DNA of 64,000 nucleotides from the human T2T-CHM13v2.0 reference genome, Homo sapiens: the NCBI RefSeq assembly GCF_009914755.1, contig NC_060925.1. The stretch is one strand, 5' to 3'. Below are positions 37,251 to 53,421 of the stretch, piece by piece (within the stretch, counting starts at the first letter, position 1; every line of letters begins with the position of its first letter). The translations under genes and the position numbers were made by a program. The notes beneath the pieces were generated by a model, which was not told the DNA's origin, searched no databases, and saw nothing but the letters and a program-made list of their open reading frames with translations.

Positions 37251-38509
37251 AAAAATCTTTATGTTTTCAAAATAGGGAGTTACTTTTATTTAAAATGTTT
37301 TTATAAATAATTTTGATAGGTTATACTACCTCTTTTAGAGCCTTTAGGAACAGCTATTTAACTTTTTTAAACCCTAGTTTTCAAAAGGAGGTTAATAATA
37401 CTATTTATCTCACAAAACTTTTATTAATGAAGACACTTTTAATTACTATCATAACTTACTAATGGAGATTAAATGAGATAAAACATATAAAGTGTTTATC
37501 AAAGTGTCTGATATATAGTTGGTGTTCAATAAATATTAGCAGTTATTATTTTTTATTATATTTTATAAGTATTTTATTATTGGGACAGTGCAAGTCTTTG
37601 GTAAGAAACCCAAAATATCTATAACCTTCCACAGCACAAGAGGATTATATCCTGGGTACTCAATATACAATCATGGAGCATCCATAATCTTAATTTCAAA
37701 GGTATCTACAAAAACATTACCTCTCTTCATCAAATTAACAACATGAGAATCATCTAACCAGTCAACTGAACACTGGAATCATACACAGTACTTTAATTTT
37801 ATAACAAATTTTTAGGTTAGTCTGACATCTAGTGGAATTATCATAGTCATTCAAAAGATTTAAAATACATACTTTAAAAAAAGACTAACAACATTCTATT
37901 AAGTAAAAGACCAATATCTAATGTAATCTTTAAAATAAAAAAGGAAAATAAATTTGAGTAGTGCCTATGTGTCAGGTACTGTGCGAAAAGCTTCCACATA
38001 CCTTATCTCACTCATTTGTTCAGAGTATTTAGTGCCTGCTATGTGCTAGGCTTGTATTATATAAAACATTTTTAAAAGCAGATATGATTTCTGACCTTTT
38101 TGAGCTTATAGATTAGTAGGGATTAAATTACACAAATTATTATATAAATGAATATAAATTGTGTTTAGAGACATGAAGGACTTACAAGGGAATCCCTAAT
38201 TTAGTACGGAGTTTAGGAAGGGCTTCTCTGAGAAAGTGATGAGCCAACTCCTAAATAATGAGCAGCAAGAGAGATTTAAGGCAGCAGGAAAAGCATGAGT
38301 GAAGGTGCTGAGGTGGGAAAAGTTTTGTTATCTAAAGGAATTTAAATAAGGGCAGTGTGGTTACAGTTGTGAGTAAGGGAGACAGCTATACCAGATGAGT
38401 CGAGGAAGGTAGGTGGCAGGCTAAACAGGGCCTGGTGAAAGGGTTGGCCATATTGGGGATTCATGATTTTATCACTTTATGATAGGTATAATAGAAATCA
38501 TTTGAAGTA

Positions 38510-38843
38510 CAGTCATCCCTTAGTATCCACAGGGGACTGGTTCTAGGATGCCACTCTTCCCCCTTGAATGCTCAAACCCCTTATATAAAATGGCATAGTA
38601 TTTATATACGCCATACCTATGCATATCCTCCTTTAAAGAGATGATACTTTAAATCATATCTAGATTACTTATAATACCTAATACAATGTAAGTGCTATAT
38701 AGTTATTATACTGTGTTGGTTTTTATTTGTATTGTTTTTACTGTCATGTTTTTGTCTTTAATTATTCTTTTTTTCCACATATTTTCTATCCCTGGTTGGT
38801 TGAATCTGTGCTTTCAGAGCCCATGGATATGAAGGACCAATTG
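38510..38843 (+). mobile_element. MER2-like Tc1/mariner-Tigger MITE
   Basis: TA-flanked, with terminal inverted repeats CAGTCATCCCTTAGTATCCA... / ...TGGATATGAAGGACCAATTG. Confidence 0.8.
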
Positions 38844-39214
38844 TAGTTAAACAAGGAGAGATAATGAGATACACGGTTTTTTAAAACACCCTGGCTCCTA
38901 TGCAGAAACGAAATGGAAGAGGATGAACATGAATGTAGGGGGAAAAATTAGGACCATTTAGGAGAGTATTTCAATAGTCCCAACAACAGATGGTTTTGGC
39001 TCAGACTATCATGGTTGCTATCAGTAGATTCAGATCTGCTGAATATTGAATATTGGGAGGGAATTGAATTGAATTGAATACTGGGAGGGAGGTAAGGATG
39101 AGGAACCAGAGAGCATTGAAAATAGTCCCAGATTTTTATCTTGAACAACTGAGTCAATCGAAGTATTAAGATGAGTAAGAGTGGGAAATATTATCTTTGA
39201 GGATAAGATTAAGC

Positions 39215-39443
39215 TTTTTTTTTTTTTTTCAAGACAGCATCTTGCTCTGTTACCCAGGCTGCAGTGCAGTGGAGCAATCTCAGCTCACTGCAACCTCCAC
39301 CTCCTGGGCCCGGCTAAGTTTGTATTTCTTGTACATATGGGGTTTCATCATGTTGCCCAGGCTGGTCTCAAACTCTTGCATTCAAGCAGCCTCCACCTGC
39401 CTCAGCCTCCCAAAGTACTGGCATGAGCCACCATGCCTGGCCC
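39215..39443 (-). mobile_element. AluJ-like, internally deleted
   Basis: Poly(T) followed by diverged reverse Alu sequence. Confidence 0.85.
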
Positions 39444-40929
39444 AAGCTTTTATTATCAAAGAATAACTGAGATATTTGGTTATTTATATGAAAATTTTTT
39501 TCACATATAGGGAAACACTCATTATACTGTTGTCAAGCAACAAGGGCAAATGCTTCACTTCTGAGAGAAAAAAAACTACAGTCTGGAAAGACTGAGTCTT
39601 GTTTGCACATTTTTCTTGGTAAACTGATTAGATGGCAGCAAAGAGGTCAGCCTAGGCAGTCTGTCCTTGTGAAGTTTGTCCAAGCGTAACAAAGAAGACA
39701 ATTTCAATTGTATTTGATTATTCCCAAAACCTGCAAGTTTACTGAGGAGCATACTGGAATCGACTGTCTTAGGATTATGTCTATCAAGACCCTTCCATTC
39801 TCCAGCTTTGTTGAGCCAGGCCTGCATCATTTAACTCATCAGTATTTCTCAACTCCCTCCTTTTGGTCAAAACAAACTCCAAAAGATGCAAATTTTACAA
39901 TCAAAGGTTCAGTACCTTTTGACTTAATATTATCCACCTGATATCAACTTAAAATAATCAATGTGAAATCTTTAGATTCCATTCATTGATCTAGGTGACT
40001 AGAGAAGCCAGGACAAACCATACAGGGCCTACAGGCCAGGATACAGATTTTGTTCTTTATCCTAAGACTAATGAGACATCACTAAAGGATTGAAATCAAT
40101 AGAGTAATTTGATGAGAACCTTTATTTTAAATTTTCTAAAAAATTTTATGATAGTTATTAGACAATTGGAAAAGTGCTCTCTGGATATTTTCTAACATTA
40201 AGGAACTGTTGTTAATTTTATGTGTGATAATGATTTTGTGGTTATGTTTAACCAAACAAAAGAGTTCTTATCTTTTAAAGATTTACACGGAGAAATGTTA
40301 ATAGATGAAATGAAAAGAAAATTGGAAGTCATCTGCGTATAAATAGATACATATAAATGGAGAAATTTTCTGTTTTAGAGTGAGAAGAGTTATGAAATGT
40401 ATCTTGAGGAACTTTGTCAATTAAAGGCCAGAAAGATGGGGATGAGCAAAGAAACCAGACTATCTATTGAGAGGTAGGAGGAAAATCAGAGAAGTGTTGT
40501 CATGGAAACCAAAGAAAGAGAGGTTTCAAGAAGGAAATAATGCATACAAATTTAACGCATTAACACAGCACCTGGAATATGGCAAACATTCAACAAATAT
40601 TGCGCTTATTATGAAGATGATTGAGAAACAAGTGGTACAGAATATCAAGTGATGGTAAGAGGTCAAGATAGTAATCACCAGTAATCTTAAAGAGAGTAAT
40701 TTCTATGGAGTGGTAGGATAGGAGCAGAAACTACATTGGAGTGTTTCAAGGGTAATTGGGAGGTCCAGATATTGAGACAATAATTGGAGATAATTTTTTC
40801 AAGATGTTTCACTGGTACGGGAAGGAGATAAACAAGAAAGTGGCTGAAATAGGGTTGTGATAGTAAGTAGAAGCAATATTTGCGTTTGTGACAATTTGGG
40901 GGAGGAGAAGTTTAAAAATAAGAGAGACT

Positions 40930-41466
<537 letters not shown>

Positions 41467-42575
41467 TTACCTGGGAAGATAGTTCTCTGGAGTGCCCTTT
41501 TAGTGTCCAAATCTGTGGAATTTCCTGTTCTTATTGTCTTGTGCAATATTTTATATTATAGATCATTACTTTTTAAAAACTCTCTCCTTTTTAAAATATA
41601 TTTCAAGGAGACAAAACAGTCTAAAAATAATATAATAAATGCCCATGTATACTAGCTTAAAAGATACAAAGGAAGCGTCAATTCCTTTCTTTTTCTCTCA
41701 TAAATAATCATTATTTTGAATTAGATGTTTATAATTCCCATGCTTGTTTTTATACTTGTATTAATTACATGTATCATATATGTATCAATAGTATATAATA
41801 TACATGAATATAGATATAATAAATATATATATATCTTTAAGCGATGTAGAATATTGGCTGAACTATTTCAGTTTTCAGTGCCAGTTAGTCTGTAAGAGGT
41901 AAATTTTTTCAGTCTGAAAAGTGCCATAATTTGGTACTCTTAATTGATAGTTTAGTGGGCATCAAATTGTAGATTTATAAGTGTATTTGTTTTTCCTTAG
42001 CTCTATGAGGATACTATTTCCTTAACTTCTGGCTCTTAGTATTATTCTTGAGAAATCTATTATTGCTCTATTGCTGACCTAATTATTTCTTTGTAGGTAA
42101 TCTATCTTTGATATCTGATTTCTTTCTAGATTTTATCTTTGTCATTGCAGCACTACAATTCACTGCTTTCACAATTTCAATGTGCCTAGGATGTACTTCT
42201 TTTTATTTATTCTGCTTAAGATTCTTTGACTTGAGATAGTCTTTCATCAGTTTGGGGAAATTATCAGTCATTGTCACATCAAACTTGTCTCTCTCTCTCT
42301 TTCTTCTTTCTTATCTTACTTTCTGAAAATCTTGTTAGTTAGTGTACTGAAGTTTCTCATTCTATCCTCATTTTTCTTAATCTATATTTTTCATTCCCTA
42401 TTTCTCCATACTGTTTTCTGTATAATTTCCTCAGAACTATCTTGCATTTACTAATCTCCCTTCATTGGTATCTAATATGCCGTTAGTTAGTCCATTAAGT
42501 TTTCAGTTTAATGACTTTATTTTAAATGTATAGATGTTCAATTTTTTCTTTAAATTGAACTTTTTTTGTTTGTTT

Positions 42576-43119
42576 GAATGAGTGGAGAGTTTAATAGGCC
42601 AGGAAGAAGGAAGAAGGCAGAAGGAAGAAGCTCCCCTGTACAGAGACAGAGGGTGGGGGGGCTCCAAAGCCAAGAGAGGAAACCCCAAATGCAATAGACA
42701 CCAGCCAGGTATATATGCAGAGGCTGGAGGAGCTGGTGTCCGATTTGCACAGGGCTCAGGAGATTGATTTGACTAGGCATGTCATTCACATAGCCCATGA
42801 AAAAGCTGGCGCTCCCATCCTAGCCTTTTAATATGCAAATGTAAGGCATCATGATGTTCTACACACGTGGGGATATGTGGGGGTAGGCATGTTGCCAGGA
42901 ACATGTGGGGCAAGGGCAAGAAGGCTGCAGGAATTACCATGTTTGGGTGGACGCAGTTTCTAATAGCCTGTATTTGCATATCAAAGGTTGCCGGCCTGGC
43001 TCTAAGAGCGGGGGCTTTACAAGAAATATTTCCAGAGATGCTTTTAAAAATGAAAACTTCCCAAGGACCCCTTTTCCTCTCTATCTGCCTAAAATAATTT
43101 CTTAATAACTCCTACAACA
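42576..43119 (-). mobile_element. ERV1-class 3' LTR (MER4-group, MER61/LTR25-like), truncated just after its poly(A) signal
   Basis: Minus strand: polypurine tract GGGGGGGAA, then TGTTGTAGGAGTTATTAAG; ATTAAA at 42595-42590. Confidence 0.75.
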
Positions 43120-44890
43120 TTCCCCCCCACCGGGGAGAGGCCACACTAACTGCTGTTAGAGGGTTTGGAGCGATGACTTCTTCTGGCTACTTACGGCTGA
43201 AAAGGGGCATCGAATGGGGAACAGCAGCTAGGGCTCCTCCTGGGGTGGATCTAAGGGTCCTCAGAAGAATGGCGTGTCCATGTGGGGTTCAGTTTGCAGC
43301 ACCATTTGGAGTTTGATTGCTTCTAGGTGAGAAGAAACAATTCGAGTTATAGTATTGAGTATACAGGGTCCAAATATCAATACAAGACATATAAGCAAGA
43401 GAGGGCTTAATAAAGGGGTTAACCAATTCCATAAAGAAGGCTGGAATTTATTAAAGAGGGATTGTAGCCATCTGGGGCTGAAGCTGGCATTTTCCCTGAG
43501 CCTGTCAATAATTTTGATTTGATCTTTAAGTACCTGTAGATTTTTCTCTACTTTACTAGGTGTTAATCATCACTAAACCCAATAAAAAGTCCTAGCAGAC
43601 TCAGTGATAGTAAAACTTTTATGCTTCCTTTTTGTCAGTAACTATTATTCCTACTATAAGGATAATAATTAAGCAAAATACAACAGCAATGGAAACTCTG
43701 TTCAATATTTCAATTAGAAGGTGCTACCATGTATAACCCTATTGCAAATAGTAGAGTGAGTATAGCAGTTCCCACAAGTGTGGTGTAGTAGATAATTTCC
43801 ATATAAAATTTTACTTGCCAAGATATAGAATTTCCCTTTGGCGGTCTGTGAAGCTTTGCTTTTATTTTCCCAAACAAAGAAAACTCCAGGTTATGGATAC
43901 CCTACTTACTTTCATTACCTGGCAGAATTTGCAGTATAATTGCCCAGAGCTAGTGTATTGATTCAGATTTTTACGTTACCCATCCCTTTTTATTTCTTCC
44001 AAGCTGCAGAAGATTACCATTTTATTCACAGGAATAAGAAGGATTAGTTTAAAATGTAAGCAAAAATCTTAAAAACAATTGAGATGAGGATTTAATGACA
44101 AATGTATGATAAGCTTTGGAGCAAAATTTTTCTCTCCAGTTCTCATTTTTGGTCAAAACTAATCATGAATGAACTTTAGTCTTATACTTGGCTTGATTAT
44201 TTGCATGAAGTGCAGTAAGAATAGTTATTTCTACATAGGTCTCTTGGATTGGCTTTGATGAAACTCTGTTCCACAAGGAATCTTAGATAAGACCTTTAAA
44301 GCCGAGCCCAGCAATGGGTCTGTATCCTCAAATACCTGTGAGTTGGGTGATCCTCACTTCTTGAGGTCCCAAGAGAAACTCCGAGCTTCCAGACCTGTTA
44401 GAAAGTGACATTCTTTATTGACTACAGGTTAGGAACCCTGTGCGGGGACTGTATAGACAAGGTATGAGGCCAGTTCTCCAAGGGGCTTTTATTGGCTCTG
44501 CATGTCAAGCTTGATTCCTTAAAGGGAAACACACCATTTCAGCCAAAGCCTTGGTAAAATAACCAGTTTATCCAATTGTGTCCTGTTGACAAAGAAAAAT
44601 GCATTCTTATTGCACTGATGCAAACAACTATACTGCCATAAGTTAAGAGTACTTACAGGTAGTCTCCAAATTTTAGAGGAACCAGGTGGAGATAAATGAA
44701 CATGCTCCAAATTTTGTTTACAGTAGTATACCTTACTCAATTATTAATGGCCATTAATAGTTTAAAATAAGTTTCCTTGACTCTGAAAAACAAAACAAGG
44801 ATCAGCAATATTCCAAGCAAAAGTTAAAAAGATTACTTAAACTTTTTGAATGCAGTCCACTTAGTTAACTCTTGTTTTGCTTAATATTTG
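43120..44890 (-). mobile_element. ERV1 internal fragment with env transmembrane remnant
   Basis: Minus-strand translation of 43560-43261: KVEKNLQVLKDQI...WNWLTPLLSPLLLICLVLIFGPCILNTITRIVSSHLEAIKLQMVLQ, a gamma-type Env TM and cytoplasmic tail. Confidence 0.8.
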
Positions 44891-47800
44891 TGAACATGTC
44901 AGTTCTATAACTGTCTTTATTTTTACAGTGTCTTGCTGTTTTCTTCAGATTTTAATCTTCCTTTACTTTTCATTCTGTTTATCTTCTATTTCAAATCTTA
45001 TTTATCACAGCCATGCAAATGACTCCAAAGTGTCTATCTTTAACCCAGTGTTCATTCCCAAGCTTTAATCACATATTTCCAATTGCTTTCTAGACATTAT
45101 TAGACATCTTATGCCTCATGCTGTGAGATTTATCTGACTACTCAAATAATGTATCCATTCTGTGACTTATGATAGCACTCACCTCGCTTGATACTTGGCA
45201 ATAGCCAGTGTAGGTCCTCTTTGCATGTGAATAGGACTGCATGTCTCTGAGTACAGGAATCATGTTTTGTGCTTCTTAGAAGACTTCTGGGTATCTTTAA
45301 CTCTACCACGACCACTTGAATACCTCCCAAGCCAGGCTTTCTTAGATTCAACTTTCCATATTATCTCACGTATGCACATCGTTTAACAAAAAAAAGATTA
45401 TATCTTATATTGCTGTCCTTCATGGAACTTAGCATAGGGGTTGCTCATAATAGGTGTTTGTTAGATGATCATATTGGTAAGTAACTGGCAAGTGGATCCT
45501 TTTAAGTTTTTCCTTGGTAACTTAAGAGCTTAAACTTATACCACATAATTTGGTGGCGTTGTCTCCTTACTCCCATACCTCAAAGCGTCAGTAAATACAC
45601 TGATATTTACCTTTCAGGACAAGAAGCTAATTGCTAGTATGAGTCATATTAACTTAAATTCCAACAATGTGAGCCAAACTGTTATTTTACTTTTCCTTTT
45701 AGTCTTCATCTCAAGTCACAAGGTAATATCAGTAACTAAAGTATAAAATAAAATTATAGTTAAGCTTTATTTTAAAGTGGAATGAGCATTCAGTCCTCAA
45801 AGTAAAAACATGGGCATAATGGGAAAGAAGCTCTTTGAAAGAGAATAGCATTGCCAGTAGTCTAGCACTTTTATTCAAGATTGAAGAATGCAGTGAACTA
45901 CATGATTCCAGGATCTTAAGTGTAATAGGAAAGAAATTATGTCATTTTGAGGTGGGGAGAAGTTTTGGTTTGTTGGCTAACATCTATGGCAAGGCATGCA
46001 GATTATGTCAAAAGCTAGGGTGTTTTGTTTTGCTTTGTTTCTCATCCGAAATAGAAAGCAGATTTGCCCATTATATCAATCATTAAACCAGAAATACTAC
46101 CTAAAATTAGATTCCTTACACATATTGGAGAAGAGACTGTTTTTTCTCCTTTTCTCTGCCTTTTATACAACGTATACATTCCTGTTGTAAAACACAAAGG
46201 CAGATTTTCAGTATATGGGATTAAATATGAACTTTCCTCTTTACCTTCCCAGTCCTTTTCCTCTCCCCAATCTTTCTCTGTATGTATAATTCTGTATCAG
46301 TGTGAATGTGTGGATATATATTTATATTATTTCATAATAAAATGGAATCACACTGTAGGTATATTGTATGACTTTCTTTTTTCTCTTAACAATATAATTT
46401 AGAATTTTTTCCATTTCAGTACATATTTGTCTCCATAATTCTTTTAACTTTTCTATAGTATTTCACATTGCGAATGCACCATACTTCATAAAACCATTTT
46501 CTTACTGATTAACATTTCCAACTCTTTGGTATTAAAAACAGTGTTGCACAAAAGCTTGTATACTTATCTTTGTACAAATATGCTTTGGATAGATTGCTAT
46601 AAGTAGAATTGCTGGGTCAAATTTAAATTTTACTTAATATGCCAAATTACCCTTCAAAATATCTTTATCAATGTGCACTTCCTCATATTGTGTTTGAGAA
46701 TGCTTGTTTTCCTACATACTCCAATAACACTGGACATTACTGGTGACTCACTGCTTAACTCAAAGTAAAAATAATAAAAGCAATGTAAGTTGGTAGAGAG
46801 ACAAATGCAAGACGAAAGAAAAAAATAAGTTCTAATTACCTCATCTTTAACATGGTAAGTTAATAGATGATGTCTAAGATTAAAACAGGTGATTTAGAAA
46901 AAAGAAGAAGGAAGAAGAAAACCTCACATAAAATGACTCCAAGAGGGGTCTTGTAGGATCTAATACCTCTGTGGGAAAGAAATAACATGAGGTTTATTCA
47001 TTTTTTACTTGTTTTTTATTTCTGCTAAATTTAAATTAATTTAATTTAATACCTTTTATAACTTACTCTTTTTCTTCTTCCTCTGTGTATGTCTCTCACT
47101 CAATTTTCATTGTATTTCCACACATAAAGAGATATCACTGGCTATTTCTGGATAGTGGTACTTGGATTGCTGGCTGCTTTCTTCTTTGTCCCTTTCTATG
47201 CTGTTTGAATATTTTAATGAGTATCCATTATGTTTATTAAATCAACAAAGGTTTTACTATGAAATCTAAAAATAAAAACATGAAAGAAATGTTATACATG
47301 TGTGTATATCTACATATACATACACATGTTGTAAATCCAAGAAGTACAGAAAGATACAAAATAAAATGTGAAAGCTTCCTACCCTTCCCGCTCCTTACCC
47401 CATACCTTCTCCCCAAAGGTAACTGCTATATGTAGTTTCTTAAAATTATTTTTATTTTACAAGTTATGCATATACAAAGTACTTACATATATATATAACA
47501 CATATTCCTTTTTATTTACACTCAATTACCCATACACTGTTCCATACACTTTTTTTATTAATATGGTATCTTGGAAATCTTTATACATCAGCACTTACAG
47601 ACACATGTCTGCTGCTGTTCCTTGAGGCCCCATTCATATATAGTGTTTTCAATACATCTATGAGTAGTGAATTCCAGAAGACCAATGAGAGTACAAAGTA
47701 AATGGTTTTTTAAAGCTGCCAACCACTTACGCTGAACAGATGACAGAAGGAAAAGGCAACCCATAGTTTCTCCTCCTTTCAGTCCTTCCTTACTCTTCAT

Positions 47801-47989
47801 CAGCAGGCCAAAAGTAGAGTATTGGTGGAATATGCACATATCAAGAAATAAAATTTTTAAAAATTGATTTAGTTTCATGCCGCATTTCCACTGTTTTAGT
47901 AAGAACAAAATACATATGCATGCGTGTACTGTGAAATACAAATTGTACAATTTCAATGATTCTACATACATCTTAAATGCTGTTATATT

Positions 47990-49142
<1,153 letters not shown>

Positions 49143-50369
49143 TCATTGTACAACATGAAGATGTATGGTAAAAATCATTCTAATAATTTAAATTATAATC
49201 TTTTCTTTGCTTAGAATGACATTAAACAGCAAATAAAAAAATGACAAGTCAAAAGAGATCACAAAATAAAGGAAAAAGTTTTATTTTAATACCTTTAAAC
49301 AGCACTTTCCTTTTGCTCTTGAACAAAGGGCTCCATATTTTCGTTTTGCATTGGTCCCTGCGAATTATGTAAGTGGCCCTGTTTATCAGTCTAAAAACTG
49401 AAAGGAAGTTTCAGTGAGCATGGGAGACTTTCAATTCTTGCCTTACAGCAGCATGGCAGACATTGATAGTTGCTTACCCTATAACTATTCTCTTTCTGCC
49501 TTGCTAACAGAAACCCCATTTTTGTTCAGGATGACAGTAAGTGCTGTTTAAGAAATAAAGAAAGATTTAAAAATAAAATACTAATTTCTATTATGATTGT
49601 ATACTTTCAACTGAATTTATATGTATCTATATATAGATATATATAGATATATAGATACATATATATGTATTTTTGATATAGATTTTTTTAAAGATATAAA
49701 AAATTGAAATACTTATTTTTCAACAGGGCACATTTCATTTATCAGTCTCTAATGCATTTACGGAGAACTAAACGACCCAGTTCTAGCTAATGAGATGTAA
49801 ACCAAAGTTTACTACGTGGGGTTTATGAAAAAGCTGTTTTCTTGATTTAAGGAGTAAGAAGTAGACTCAGTTGGCATGTACTTTTGCCTTTACTTTTCAT
49901 CCTTTTTCTGCCTTAAAAACATATTTAATGCCTAGAATTACAGGAGCCATCTTGAGACATTAGGATGAAAGCTACATGATAAGAATAGAAAAACAAAAAC
50001 ACAGAAGACTGCCTACCTCTGAACTTCTTAGAGGGTGAGAAAATAAATCAGTATTTGGGTAAGTCACTACAGCTAGGTTTCTGTTACTTGAGCTGAACAT
50101 AAGCAGTCCTTAATCAATACAGACTAGATAACATGAAAACTCTTCTACTACAAATACTTAGAAATGCTGGGTAAAATGCAGCAAAATAAATTAATTAATT
50201 AATAATAATGCATACTTGAGCTTACAAAAAAAAAGACAGGGAAATATTCAGGTGGCAAAAATAAAAAAAGAAACTGGACACCAGGGTCTTGAATACAGAA
50301 TATGACCCTGTCTGGAGAGGAGAAAGGATTGAATGAGGATGGTGCTTGAATGTTTAAATCCATGAGGTG

Positions 50370-50885
50370 ATAAATGGATTTTAAAAATGTGATATATGTA
50401 TACAATGGAAAACTATTCAGCCTCTAAAAAGAAGGAAATCCTGTCATTTGTGACAACATAGATGAACCTTAAAGACATTATGTTAAGTGAAATAAGCCAG
50501 GCCCAGAAAGATGAATATTGCATGATCTCACTTAAATATGGAATCTAAAAAAGTTGAACTCAATAGAAGCAAAGAGTGGAATGGTGGTTAGCAAGGGCTG
50601 GGAGAGAGTGAGGGAGCTGGATGACGCTGGTCAAAGGATATACAATTTCAGTTACATAGGAGGAATAAGTTCAAGAGATCTATTGTACAACATAGTGACT
50701 ATAGTTAACAACATGTTGTATTCTTCAAAATCACTAAGAACAGACTTTAAGTGTTCTCACCATAAAAATAAGTATGTGACGTAATACATATGTTAAGTCA
50801 CTCAATTTAGCCATTCCAAGATGTATACATATTACAAATCAGGTTGTATACAATACAGTATATACAATTATCATTTGTCAATTTT
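50370..50885 (+). mobile_element. L1MA/MB 3' end fragment
   Basis: aaggaaatcctgtcatttgtgacaac...aagtgaaataagccagg...tgttctcaccat. Confidence 0.8.
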
Positions 50886-50891
50886 CATTAA

Positions 50892-51182
<291 letters not shown>

Positions 51183-52597
51183 TAATTTTTAAAAATACAC
51201 GGTAACTTGTGATAAGACCTTGGGCCCTTGGTGCAAACAGAAATCAGTTAACTGTGAGCACACCCTGTCCCCCAACTTCATGACCTCACACACACACATA
51301 AGTTAAAAACCCATGAAATTCTGTACCCTCAATGAAAGGGTAGACTAGATAGAAGCTTTTCTTCTGGCATAGTAAGAAGCTTTTCTGTCAAGGCACAAGC
51401 TCTGAAAGAGAAAAAAACAAGGAAGATCTCTCTCCCTTGAGAATTTGAATCATAGTTTGTACTCCCACAAATCTGGGTTCAAATTTATAATATCTGAATG
51501 ATCTTAGAACTTCTAAGCCAAGAAAGAAATTCATGTAAAAATTGCTCACTAGCCAGTGATAACCTTAGGGGTCTCTGACAGAAGAAACATTTTTTTCTGT
51601 ATCACTAAAAATGAGCCATAAAAAAAAAAGCTAAAAGGAATCAATGTACAAAGCAAAAGGAATCAATCCACAAACAAAAAGGTCATCAAATACACAAATA
51701 GAAGTATTAGACCCCTAAATGCAAAAGGATTTATCTATATGATATCATTTATGCAGTTTAAAAATATAACATAGTAGTACCATTCATAGATACATATAAA
51801 TTCAGTGAAAGTACAAAAACATAACAGATATTAATCATACCAATTTAAAAATAGTGGCTAACTCTGGGGAAGGAATAGTGTCAAGAAAAGCCTGAATAAT
51901 TGATCCAGACTGAAGGAGAATTGAGCAACAAGCTAACTGGATGCAGCACATGATCTTTCTTGGCTGGGACGTTTTTGCTGTAAAGACATTGGAATAATTG
52001 GCAAAGTTTGAGTGGGGTTTCTAGGCAAAGGGTACACAGAAGTTTTTGTACTATTCTTGCAACAGTTTTCTTAGTTTGTAAATTGTTTCAAGTTAAAAAA
52101 TTTGTTTTTAAAAAGAGGATGAAAATGAAAAATAGGAAACAGTTTCAGAGAAGAAATTGCCAGGATAGACCAATTGGTGGTGGGAAATAAGAGGAAATAA
52201 TCAAAGGGGACTCAGATTTCTGGCTTAGGTGATTTGGTGTGTATGATTCAATTTATCAATGTAGGAAACCCAAGAAAAGAAGAATTTTCAGGAAAAGCAA
52301 ACTATAACAGACTTGCCACTGGAAATATTGAATCTATGGATAAATAGTTGGAAATTTAGGCTGGGGGTGATGGTGTCACAAAAGAGCTTAGCACTGTAAA
52401 CATCTTGATTTGATTACTTTTTTCACTTACTAAATCATTTGGGAATTCACTATGTTGCCTGTGTAAACCATAAAATATATAAAAATAAATAGGAAACGGA
52501 CACTGCCCTTAAGGGACTGATATCTGGTAAGAGAAGTAGAATCAGTCTGTAGGCAAAGGGTAGAGACTGATGGAGCAAGTTCTAGAGGGTGACAAAT

Positions 52598-53205
<608 letters not shown>

Positions 53206-53365
53206 GTGTCAAAGGCTAAGAATAAGGATATATGAAAATAAGGTAAGTCTTTTATGGAGAATGGGGAAACAGGATTACAGCTACAGAGGGTGCAAAAGAA
53301 AGAAGTAACATTGTTGTTTTCCCAAGACTGGGAAGATTGAAACACTTGAGGATGAGGATTCAGGG

Positions 53366-53421
53366 ACACCACTGTGTCCACCATTAAAGAATTTCCCCTT
53401 TAATGGTGGACACGGTGGTGT
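53366..53421. repeat. Short inverted repeat: 24-bp stem, 8-nt loop
   Basis: ACACCACTGTGTCCACCATTAAAG-aatttccc-CTTTAATGGTGGACACGGTGGTGT, with one T:G mismatch. Confidence 0.93.

Noticed and set aside
43261-43566. Open env TM reading frame as a possible syncytin-like gene
   Set aside because: Only ~100 codons, in-frame stops immediately upstream, no start, SU or fusion peptide
49615-49690. Self-complementary TA/GATA-rich tract
   Set aside because: Low-complexity (TA)n-derived repeat; symmetry is expected by chance
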